From: an uncultured bacterium
GTDB lineage: Bacteria; Arandabacterota; Arandabacteria; Arandabacterales; Arandabacteraceae
Direction of reading: 5' to 3'
Length of the DNA: 64,000 bases
Assembly: GCA_964356335.1 (NCBI GenBank)
Contig: CAYHHI010000004.1
Span: forward strand, 36,699-100,698
How positions within the stretch are numbered: position 1 is the first letter of the stretch; each line of letters opens with the position of its first letter. Position numbers and translations under genes: made by a program. Below are positions 9,739-17,926 of this stretch, one piece after another. The notes beneath the pieces are model-generated. The model did no database searches, was not told the origin of the DNA, and saw nothing but the letters and a program-made list of their open reading frames with translations.

Positions 9739-10539
9739 TTATGGCGACCAGGGTTTCACCCACTTGGGCTTTCGCTTCTCGAGGAAAGCGGCCATGCCCT
9801 CCTGGGCTTCCTCACCGCATCTAAGATCGGCTATCACATGAGCCGTATATTCACCTGCGTCGGCGAGAGGCATCGATGACACGCGGCTCAGGAGTTCCTT
9901 GCTCACACCCAACGCATGTGGGCCGCTCGTGAGGAGGTTTGAGATTTTCTCGTTTACCCTGGCGTCGAGATTGTCCTGGGTGACGACATCATTCACAAGG
10001 CCAAGTGTCTTGGCCTGATCTGCTGAGATTCTCTCGCCCGTCAGGAAGAGATCACGGCAGGCCGCCTCGCCAATCCTTTTGACGAGATACGGACCGATGC
10101 AGGCGGGAACAAGCCCTATCTTGACTTCACTCAGGCTGAATTCGGCCCGATGGGAGGCGATGACGATATCACAGGCCGCCACAAGACCATTGCTTCCACC
10201 TATTGAGGCGCCGTTGACCCGGGCGATAGTGGGCTTCGGGAGGTTGTAAAGCATATACATGAGCTCGGCAAGCCGCATCGCATCCTTGTAGTTGTCCTCA
10301 ACGGTGTAGTCCTTCATCTTCTTCATCCAGTTGAGGTCCGCACCCGAGCAGAAAGATGCACCGTTTCCCGTAAGCACCATCACCCGGATGGAATCATCCT
10401 TGCCGATCCCATCGAGAATCTGGATGAGATCCTCGATCATCACCTCATTGAAGGCATTCCTCACGTCGGGTCGGTTGAGAGCCACCCTCGCGATTCTGTC
10501 ACGAATGCTTACTTCCACGGTCTCGTATGATCTCGTCAC
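9739..10539 (-). CDS. enoyl-CoA hydratase/isomerase (crotonase) family protein; possible 3-methylglutaconyl-CoA hydratase
   Basis: It has the crotonase oxyanion motifs VMVLTGNGASFCSGADL and NGASIGGSNGLVAACDI. The likely GTG start at 10539 has AAGGGAGG 5 nt upstream. Confidence 0.8.
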   Translation of the reverse strand: MTRSYETVEVSIRDRIARVALNRPDVRNAFNEVMIEDLIQILDGIGKDDSIRVMVLTGNGASFCSGADLNWMKKMKDYTVEDNYKDAMRLAELMYMLYNLPKPTIARVNGASIGGSNGLVAACDIVIASHRAEFSLSEVKIGLVPACIGPYLVKRIGEAACRDLFLTGERISADQAKTLGLVNDVVTQDNLDARVNEKISNLLTSGPHALGVSKELLSRVSSMPLADAGEYTAHVIADLRCGEEAQEGMAAFLEKRKPKWVKPWSP

Positions 10540-10612
10540 CTCGTTCCTCCCTTTAGCCCAGCAAAACCACGGATGCATCCCCTTCTTCAGGTTCTACCGA
10601 AGGGCTGCAGGT

Positions 10613-11008
10613 TCACCTCACAGGCACGGCCTTATACCCGTAACAGAGTATGCCGGCATCGCCTTCTTCCTTCACTTTCCTGAATTCTATCTTGACGGGC
10701 ATGCCAATCTTGAGATCTTCCGGCGCGCAGTCCACAATCTGGCACTGCATGGGCACCCCACCCTCGAGCTCGATGATCCCTATGGCATACGGGACCTCAT
10801 CCACAAAATCCTTGGGCGCCACCCGTATCACCGTAAAGGTCTGGACCTTGCCCGTCTCGGCGAGTCTCACCGGCTCGAAATCGCGCGCCCGGCACGCAGG
10901 GCAGATCAGTCTTGGAGGAAACCAGACCTTGCCGCACCCCTTGCATTTTGACGCTTCAAGCCTGTAACGTTGCGGTATCTCTCTCCAGTATCTGGCCGAT
11001 GTTGACAT
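10613..11008 (-). CDS. DUF35 OB-fold/zinc-ribbon protein (thiolase/HMG-CoA synthase partner)
   Basis: 131 aa. It has a rubredoxin-like CKGCGKVWFPPRLICPAC motif followed by an OB-fold. Its start is directly adjacent to the thiolase stop. Confidence 0.7.
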   Translation of the reverse strand: MSTSARYWREIPQRYRLEASKCKGCGKVWFPPRLICPACRARDFEPVRLAETGKVQTFTVIRVAPKDFVDEVPYAIGIIELEGGVPMQCQIVDCAPEDLKIGMPVKIEFRKVKEEGDAGILCYGYKAVPVR

Positions 11009-12166
11009 CTATGCTACCTCCAATATGTGAACGATTGAGCTCGCACCAGTGCCGCCCATGTTCTGGGTGAGACCTCGCTTGGCACCCTTTACCTGCCGCT
11101 CGCCCGACTCGCCCCAGAGCTGAGCCGTGATCTCGCAGATCTGCGCCACACCGGTGGCTCCTACGGGATGCCCCTTCGATTTGAGGCCGCCGCTGGTGTT
11201 GATTGGAATTCTGCCGCCGATGGCGGTCTCGCCTGCCTCAGTTGCCGGGCCGCCTTTGCCGGGCTCGACAAGGCCAAGCGCCTCGATCGCGAGAATCTCG
11301 GCAATTGTGAAGCAGTCATGCACCTCAGCGAGATGAATGTCGGAGGGTTTGACGCCGGCCATCTTGTAAGCCTTCTGGGCGGCTATCTCCGCTGCCGCCA
11401 GATGGGTGATGTCTTTCCGCTGGTGAAGCGCGATCGTGTCAGTAGCATGGCCCGACGCGGCCACTCTGACGATGGGCCGCTTCGAGATCTTCTTCGCCAT
11501 TTCGAGCGGGCACAGAACGACCGCCGCCGCGCCATCCGTAATCGGAGAGCAATCAAGGATGGTCAGAGGATCGGCGACCTTGACGGCTCCGATCACCTGG
11601 TCCACTGTTATCTTCATGCGGTACTGCGCATGCGGGTTCTTCAAGCCGTTATCATGGTTCTTGACGGAGACCTGCGCCAACTGCTTCCGCGTGGTCCCGT
11701 ATTTGTGCATGTGGGCCCGCGCCATCATCGCATAGAGGCCTGGGAAAGTGACACCATTGTAAACCTCGTATTCCTGGTCGGCTGCCGTGGCGAGGGCATA
11801 GGTTGCCCCTGCGCCGTCGATGTCTGTCATCTTCTCCACACCGCCGACCAGCACGATGTCACTGATGCCTGAGGCAACTTCGATGAAACCCTGCCGGAAG
11901 GCCGCGCCACCCGAGGCACAAGCGGATTCCACTCTTGTTCCCGGAATGGGGCCCATTCCGAGGTAGTCAGCAAGAAGCGCACCCAGGTGTTCCTGCCCAA
12001 CGAAAAGCCCCGAACTCATGCAACCCACGTACATGGAGTCGATCCGGTCAACCCCTGCGTCTTTGACGGCGTTGAGGGCAGCCTCGACAAACACCGCGCG
12101 CAAGGATTTCTCCCAGAGCTCGCCCCACTTGATTAAGCCAACACCAATAACCGCCACATCTCTCAT
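11009..12166 (-). CDS. thiolase (acetyl-CoA acetyltransferase, SCP-x/archaeal-type)
   Basis: 385 aa with a thiolase fold. It has a Cys in SGLFVGQEH and a C-terminal GHPVGATG...NMGGTGASS. Confidence 0.8.
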   Translation of the reverse strand: MRDVAVIGVGLIKWGELWEKSLRAVFVEAALNAVKDAGVDRIDSMYVGCMSSGLFVGQEHLGALLADYLGMGPIPGTRVESACASGGAAFRQGFIEVASGISDIVLVGGVEKMTDIDGAGATYALATAADQEYEVYNGVTFPGLYAMMARAHMHKYGTTRKQLAQVSVKNHDNGLKNPHAQYRMKITVDQVIGAVKVADPLTILDCSPITDGAAAVVLCPLEMAKKISKRPIVRVAASGHATDTIALHQRKDITHLAAAEIAAQKAYKMAGVKPSDIHLAEVHDCFTIAEILAIEALGLVEPGKGGPATEAGETAIGGRIPINTSGGLKSKGHPVGATGVAQICEITAQLWGESGERQVKGAKRGLTQNMGGTGASSIVHILEVA

Positions 12167-12344
12167 GATTCATGCTCCTCAGTTTCGCTTGTCTCTCCCA
12201 TGGTTGATGCCCCTTCGAAAACCGGCAGTTCCTTATTCACTGACGCCTATTCGATTGCTGCGCCCCTGGGTCGCAGCGCAGAGATTCACATCTTTTCGGC
12301 TGATCCTCAATTGAGTGTTCATATGACCTGGGGCCGTTCCAGCG

Positions 12345-13391
12345 TCACTCTGCCTTTCTTATCTTCCTTCTGAACTTGGCGTAAGTTCCGTAGTCCAGAT
12401 AGGCCTTGTTCTTGTCAAGGTAGTCTGTGGTCTTCGGAGCAAGATTCTGGACGGCACCTATGCGATCCGTGACACGATATATGAAGGCATCGCTCCCCGC
12501 TCCCGAGCCATAGGACACCATGATGATTCGCTGGCCGGGCTTTGCGACGTCCAGGATAGCCGTGAGCCCGATGGGCGAAGAGCCCGAGTAAGTGTTGCCG
12601 AGCCGCGGGCAGAGAAGCCCCGTCTCGATCTGCTCGGGCTTAAAGCCCAGCTCCTTGCCTACCTGCGACGGAAACTTGCCGTTGGGTTGATGGAAAACTG
12701 CATAATCGAAATCGCCGGGCTTGGCCCCGGCCATTTTCATTATCGCCGTTGCGGCACCCTTCACATGTTTGAAGTATGAAGGCTCACCGGTGAACCGGCC
12801 TGCGTGCCTCGGATAATGCATGTACTCGCGGCGCCAGAAGTCAGGCGTGTCCGTCATGAAGGAGCAGGTATGCTCGACCTCGGCGACCGTGCCATCGCGG
12901 CCGAAAATGAAGGCAGCCGCGCCTGCCGCGGCAGAATACTCGAGGGCATCACCCGGAGCGCCCTGCGAAGTATCGGCGCCGATGGCAAGCCCGTAGTCCA
13001 TCTTGTGTGCCTCGACAAGGCCGAGCACCACGAACATACCCTCCGAGCCTGCCTTGCAAGCGAATTCGAAGTCAGCACAGTGAATGTCGGGCGTTGCGCC
13101 GATTGCCTCAGCGACGACCGTCCCGCTTGGCTTCACAGCGTACGGATGGGACTCCGAGCCGATGTAGATGGCTCCGATTTTCCTGGGATCGATTCGGGCC
13201 CTCTTGAGGGCGTTCCTCGCAGCCTCGACCGACATCGAGATGACGTCCTGGTCAGGCGCGGGAACAGATTTCTCCTCAAGCTTGAGACCCCGCTTGTAGC
13301 TTGGTGCGTCTGCGCCCCAGACCTTGGCGATCTCTTCAACCTTGATTCTGTATCGTGGGGCATATGCGCCGTAACCCACAATTCCTGCCAT
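12345..13391 (-). CDS. hydroxymethylglutaryl-CoA synthase, archaeal-type (~350 aa)
   Basis: It starts [12 protein letters not shown], has the active-site Cys in [12 protein letters not shown] and a His in [18 protein letters not shown] lies upstream. Confidence 0.8.
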   Translation of the reverse strand: MAGIVGYGAYAPRYRIKVEEIAKVWGADAPSYKRGLKLEEKSVPAPDQDVISMSVEAARNALKRARIDPRKIGAIYIGSESHPYAVKPSGTVVAEAIGATPDIHCADFEFACKAGSEGMFVVLGLVEAHKMDYGLAIGADTSQGAPGDALEYSAAAGAAAFIFGRDGTVAEVEHTCSFMTDTPDFWRREYMHYPRHAGRFTGEPSYFKHVKGAATAIMKMAGAKPGDFDYAVFHQPNGKFPSQVGKELGFKPEQIETGLLCPRLGNTYSGSSPIGLTAILDVAKPGQRIIMVSYGSGAGSDAFIYRVTDRIGAVQNLAPKTTDYLDKNKAYLDYGTYAKFRRKIRKAE

Positions 13392-13473
13392 GCCTACCTC
13401 CCATGTGTCAGAGCACAGTGATGGCTCGTGGTTTGACTCATAGAGCTCACGTCAAAACCTATCCGTGGCGGGT

Positions 13474-15309
13474 ATGTCAACCCTTGAAAGTTATCACGAG
13501 CCGTGCCCTCTGTCAATCCGAAACAGGTCGACTTCTGTGGGCTTTATTTGCTTGACCGCCCTGCCGGAATGGCCTATCTATTTTGCGATGGCTATAGCGC
13601 TCTATGCACTGACGCTGCTTTCGCTCGCCTGGCTCTTTTTCTTTCTCTGCGGGAGGCGAATTCACAAGATCTGGCTTATCCTGCTGGGACTCTCTCCGGT
13701 GGTCCTTATCTATGTCTTGAATCCCGAGTTAAGGGTCTATTCCTTCCACAGCTTCATGCATGCGGGGATCGTCTATCAGATCCTGCAGGGCAACATCCCT
13801 CCCCCCGATCCCCTCCTGGCCGGCCATGCGGCGGCTTATCCGTGGGGAGCACATATGATTGCCGCAGGCATCAGCAGACTCTTCAATGTCACCCCGTTCT
13901 TTTCGATCGCTGCCATGAACGTTGCGTCGCTTTGCCTTGTCATGATCCTCGTCTACAAGATATCGAAGATGCTCATAGATGATGAGAGAGCAAACATCCT
14001 CTCCGTACTGGTTTCAGTCTATGGGGTAACCGTCACCAATCCCTATTTCATGCGGCTCCTGGGAGGCAGCACCCCGACTGAGTTCCGAGGCGTTCCGATA
14101 CTTCTTAAATTCATAACCATTAACCTCCTGCCGATCGGCTTGGTTTTCTTCCTGCTCTTCATCTACTCTGTACTGAGGCTTGAGCGCACCGGCCGCGCCT
14201 TACCGAGTGTGCCCCTGCTCCTTTTCTCCTTACTCGGTATGGGATTCACCTATCCGGCATTTCTCCCGGGAGCGGGAGCGAGCCTGGTGCTCGCGTGGAT
14301 TGCAAGTCTGGTGTTTTTCAGGTATGAGACCCTCAGGTGGAATCTGAGAACCCTCGCCTTCACGGTTTTCACCCTCATCGCCGCAATCCTCGTGGTCAAG
14401 CCCTACCTGGCGCTCACCGGCACAGGCACCGTAAGCCAGATGCAGATTCTTTCAAAGCAAGCCGTGGTCAGTAACATCATCAAATACCTTGTCGTCGCAA
14501 TACCGATTCTTATCGTAATCCTCTTAAGCGTGCGCGCCTTCAAGCAAGTTAACCTTAAAGCTCTCCTCTTTCTGGTGATCGTCATCGTTTCAACCATGGC
14601 AGGCTACGTCGCCATCCACCTCCCAATGGACAATGAGTACAAGCTCCTTCTACTTTCGACCGTAACCCTGGGGATACTCGGTGGCGTGGCCTTCGGCGAG
14701 ATGGCAAGACGGCTCGCCGGCTACAGGATGATCGGCGTTTTCATCCTGCTTGCCCTCTTCCTCTTCCCTACTTTCCGATTCGTGAAGCTAAAACTCATTC
14801 AGGAGCGAGCCGGCCGGCCCTCACAGGCATTTGTGGAAAAGGGCAGGAGTATCCGCTCTGCCGATGGCGAAACCGACGAGTTCTACCAGTGGATCAAGAA
14901 GAACACCGACAGGCGGAGCGCCTTCATTGACCAGGAGCTCGAAATCCCCGTGCTGGCTGAGAGGCCGCTCTTCATCGGAATCGGAGGGCGTGAACCCGGA
15001 CAACGGAAAGGCTTCGGGCCGGTCGATTTGATCCTCAGGTTTCAGAGCGGCTACCCCCCCGACCTCCTGGACATGCGGAGGAGAATCGTAGAGAAGATCT
15101 ATGCGGCCAATCAGCAGTTGTCCGAGCAAGAGCTCGACGAGCTTCTCTCTTTGCCTGGCGACATCTATGTTGTCTTGCGAACAAAGGTACAGGCCGGGAA
15201 TCTCGACAATGCCGCATTCAGGGAGGTATTCGCATCGCAAGCGGGCAGATTCAAGCTCTATCAACTGAAGCGCCCGGCAGTGACCCGCGAGGCTTATCCT
15301 ACCGAGTGA
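13474..15309 (+). CDS. polytopic integral membrane protein with C-terminal soluble domain (possible GT-C-type glycosyltransferase/polymerase)
   Basis: It has at least 12 hydrophobic segments, then a roughly 170-aa hydrophilic C-terminal domain ending FKLYQLKRP. That ending resembles the C-terminus of the 53458..55413 protein. The start is uncertain (GTG 13465 / ATG 13474 / ATG 13588). Confidence 0.45.
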   Translation: MSTLESYHEPCPLSIRNRSTSVGFICLTALPEWPIYFAMAIALYALTLLSLAWLFFFLCGRRIHKIWLILLGLSPVVLIYVLNPELRVYSFHSFMHAGIVYQILQGNIPPPDPLLAGHAAAYPWGAHMIAAGISRLFNVTPFFSIAAMNVASLCLVMILVYKISKMLIDDERANILSVLVSVYGVTVTNPYFMRLLGGSTPTEFRGVPILLKFITINLLPIGLVFFLLFIYSVLRLERTGRALPSVPLLLFSLLGMGFTYPAFLPGAGASLVLAWIASLVFFRYETLRWNLRTLAFTVFTLIAAILVVKPYLALTGTGTVSQMQILSKQAVVSNIIKYLVVAIPILIVILLSVRAFKQVNLKALLFLVIVIVSTMAGYVAIHLPMDNEYKLLLLSTVTLGILGGVAFGEMARRLAGYRMIGVFILLALFLFPTFRFVKLKLIQERAGRPSQAFVEKGRSIRSADGETDEFYQWIKKNTDRRSAFIDQELEIPVLAERPLFIGIGGREPGQRKGFGPVDLILRFQSGYPPDLLDMRRRIVEKIYAANQQLSEQELDELLSLPGDIYVVLRTKVQAGNLDNAAFREVFASQAGRFKLYQLKRPAVTREAYPTE

Positions 15310-15343
15310 AGCACAAGACCTCCTGCACGTTCTGACGGACTCC

Positions 15344-15371
15344 TTTTACATCTTTTTACAATCGTTTTACA
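15344..15371 (+). promoter_or_regulatory. three TTTTACA direct repeats at 10-11 bp spacing upstream of the 15431 operon
   Basis: TTTTACA occurs at 15344, 15354 and 15365. The repeats lie 60-90 nt upstream of the ATG at 15431, with TATAGT at 15403-15408 and a strong SD GGAGGTG. Confidence 0.4.
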
Positions 15372-15430
15372 CCCCCGTGACAACTCTTCTTGCGCTCGCG
15401 GGTATAGTCATAGTGAAGGAGGTGATCGAG

Positions 15431-16486
15431 ATGACCAGGATCATCGGTTTTCTCATGGCAGTGATTGGCGCGGTCTCGCTGGCTGCTGCCACGTATGACG
15501 AGGCAACCGCAGCGACTGGCGACGAAGTGGCGGACCTCATTGAAACCCTTGAGGTCGGTGAGCCGGTGTACTATGAGAATCTTGCGATCATTCCCATATA
15601 CACCGCTCGCACGAGCGACCACTCGCGCTACACCACCCTCGATGAGGCACTGGACAACAAGTGGCTCGAGATCACAGAGGTGGAGGGTGGACGAGTGCCA
15701 CAGGTGAAGGTGACCAATCGTTCGGACAGGTACATCTACCTCATGGGAGGCGAGATTCTCACCGGGTGCAGGCAGGACAGGATCGTCGGCAGGGATGTCT
15801 TGCTGGGGCCGAAGAGCAGGGATGTCATAGTCCCCGTCTACTGCGTCGAGCAAGGCAGATGGACGTACGAATCAGACAGGTTCTACAGCAAGAAGAACCT
15901 GGGGACTTTCAGGCTTCGCGCGGAGAGCCAGAAAGCCGGGAGCGATGCCCAGACCAACATCTGGGGGGAAGTCGCAGATCTGAGCGAACGAGCCGGTGCG
16001 TCTTCGGGTACGAGCAGATTCCAGGCTGTCTTCGAATCGGAGGCGGCAAAGCGCAGGATCGACTCCCTCGAGGGTAGGATCGGCGACATCCCGAGGCTTT
16101 ATCCAGACGCTATCGGTGTGGTGGTCGGCGTCGCAGGCGAGATCACGAGCGTGGACATCTTCGCCAACCCGTCGCTCTTCAGCCGTCTTTGGCCAAAACT
16201 CCTCAGGTCTTCGGCGCTTGCTGCCTTCAGCCGCGACGGCAACGGATCCACAACTCAGAGCGATGCCGCCAGATTCCTGCGCAGATTGCATGACAAACAG
16301 TACACGCAGAAACCTGCCATCGAACTGGGCTTTGAGCTCTCCGCGGTGGATCATGAGGTAAACGCAAACGCTCTCGTTTACAGCAATGCAGTGATTCATT
16401 TGGCCGGATTCCCTGAGGAATTGCTGAAGTCTGGCGAAAAGCCCGGCGACCATGAGCGCAGAATCCCTGTGATGAGGCGTCCGTAA
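15431..16486 (+). CDS. secreted hypothetical protein (signal peptide; no recognisable family)
   Basis: The ATG at 15431 has GAAGGAGGTG 6 nt upstream. The N-terminus MTRIIGFLMAVIGAVSLAAA is a signal peptide. It has conserved-looking N-terminal motifs PVYYENLAIIPIY and PVYCVEQGRW. It is the first gene of a co-directional four-gene block. Confidence 0.6.
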   Translation: MTRIIGFLMAVIGAVSLAAATYDEATAATGDEVADLIETLEVGEPVYYENLAIIPIYTARTSDHSRYTTLDEALDNKWLEITEVEGGRVPQVKVTNRSDRYIYLMGGEILTGCRQDRIVGRDVLLGPKSRDVIVPVYCVEQGRWTYESDRFYSKKNLGTFRLRAESQKAGSDAQTNIWGEVADLSERAGASSGTSRFQAVFESEAAKRRIDSLEGRIGDIPRLYPDAIGVVVGVAGEITSVDIFANPSLFSRLWPKLLRSSALAAFSRDGNGSTTQSDAARFLRRLHDKQYTQKPAIELGFELSAVDHEVNANALVYSNAVIHLAGFPEELLKSGEKPGDHERRIPVMRRP

Positions 16487-16499
16487 ACGGAGGGGGTGC

Positions 16500-17855
16500 A
16501 TGATGAGACACGTGTCATTAGTCCTGTTGGTCGCTATCACGAGCATAGTCGGCTGCCGGAGTCTTTCGGCAGAGCCAAGGGTTCGCGTGTATGCCGATGT
16601 GGACAGGCCGGTTGTGCTCGCCGGCCATGATGGAAGTATCGTCATAAGAGTCGGCCTCTCGGGCGTTCGAGACGACTGCAAATCCAGGCGCCTGCCGCTA
16701 AACGTTGCCATAGTCCTGGACAAATCAGGTTCCATGGCGAGCGGCGCCAAGATGGCAAATGCCAAGCGCGGCACCATCGAGGTCCTCGAGCGTCTCAATT
16801 CAGACGACATCCTAGCCTTGATCGTGTATGACTCCACCCCGCGAGTGGTGATCCCGGCACAGCGCGTGAGAGATAAGGGCGCACTCATGGAGATGATCTC
16901 GAGTATCGAACCCGGTGGCAGAACGGCCCTCTACGGAGGCGTGTGGATGGGTGCCGATGAGGTGCGCGGGCACATCTCCTGGGAATATGAGAACCGGATC
17001 ATTCTTCTCTCTGACGGCCTGGCCAACGTCGGCCCCAGTTCAACCGAGGAGCTCGCCCATCTGGGAGATATACTCGGCGAGGATGACATAACGATCACCA
17101 CCATCGGCGTTGGCACGGACTACAATGAAGACCTTATGACCGCCCTCGCTGACCGCAGCGGCGGTAATGCCTACTTCGCGAGCACCTCGAGCGAACTGCC
17201 GAGGATATTCTCCGAAGAAATCGGCGAGGCCATGACCGTTGCTGCGAAGGACGTGCGTATCCGCGTCTATTGCACCGAAGGCGTGAGGCCGATCTCGATC
17301 CTGGGCAGGGGTGGGGAAATCTCCGGCCGGAGCATGTCTGTCGCCATCGGGAAGATCTACGGCAAGAACGACAAGTTTGCCCTGTTTGAGGTCCAGGTCC
17401 CCGGGGAGCCGAGTGGACAGATGTTCGATGTAGCCGATGTCAGCGTCGAATACGAGGATCCCCACACAAACCAGAAGATAAGCGACTCACGCAGGGTAAC
17501 GATCGCCTACCACGAAGATGAGAAGGTGGTCGCTGAGAAGATAAACAAGCCGGTGGTCAAGGAGGTCGCGCTCACCAAAACGTCGGAGCTGAAGCAACAG
17601 GCTGTCAAACTGGCCGACCAGGGCGACTACGCGGGCGCGGCGAGCCTCATAAAGAAGAGCGCCTTTGAACTTGAAAATGCAGCTAAACAGTGCGATAACG
17701 ATAGGGAGATCCTTGGAGAGGCCGAGACGTGTGAAGCGATTTCTCAGGATATTACAACAAACCAGGGCCTCACCAAGTGTCAGCGTAAGTGCGTTGTGAA
17801 CCAGGTCTATACCCAGACCACGCAGCAGACTTACGTTCCGAAGGAGAAGGAGTGA
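16500..17855 (+). CDS. von Willebrand factor type A domain lipoprotein (YfbK-like vWA plus C-terminal extension)
   Basis: It has lipobox SIVGC and the MIDAS motif LDKSGSM (DxSxS), plus ILLSDGLANVG. The C-terminal region of about 200 aa carries a Cys cluster (CDNDx9CEAx16CQRKC). Confidence 0.8.
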   Translation: MMRHVSLVLLVAITSIVGCRSLSAEPRVRVYADVDRPVVLAGHDGSIVIRVGLSGVRDDCKSRRLPLNVAIVLDKSGSMASGAKMANAKRGTIEVLERLNSDDILALIVYDSTPRVVIPAQRVRDKGALMEMISSIEPGGRTALYGGVWMGADEVRGHISWEYENRIILLSDGLANVGPSSTEELAHLGDILGEDDITITTIGVGTDYNEDLMTALADRSGGNAYFASTSSELPRIFSEEIGEAMTVAAKDVRIRVYCTEGVRPISILGRGGEISGRSMSVAIGKIYGKNDKFALFEVQVPGEPSGQMFDVADVSVEYEDPHTNQKISDSRRVTIAYHEDEKVVAEKINKPVVKEVALTKTSELKQQAVKLADQGDYAGAASLIKKSAFELENAAKQCDNDREILGEAETCEAISQDITTNQGLTKCQRKCVVNQVYTQTTQQTYVPKEKE

Positions 17856-17926
17856 CACCGTGGGATGCGGTGGGTGCGAAACCCGCAAGCAAGTCGCACC
17901 CACCGGCCCACTGAGGTGAGCCTAGG

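Noticed and set aside
11168-11872. 234-aa plus-strand ORF opposite the thiolase
   Set aside because: It is antisense to a conserved thiolase. The thiolase frame has the catalytic motifs.
12167-12344. Weak 6-bp inverted repeat GCTGCG...CGCAGC between HMGCS and the thiolase
   Set aside because: The stem is short and the loop is 9 nt. It is not distinguishable from chance in GC-rich DNA.
12804-13421. 205-aa plus-strand ORF opposite HMG-CoA synthase
   Set aside because: It is antisense to a conserved gene and has no domain signatures.
15872-16888. 338-aa minus-strand ORF spanning the DUF/vWA genes
   Set aside because: The vWA MIDAS motif and the signal peptides are on the plus strand. The minus-strand ORF is Arg/Ser-rich and antisense.
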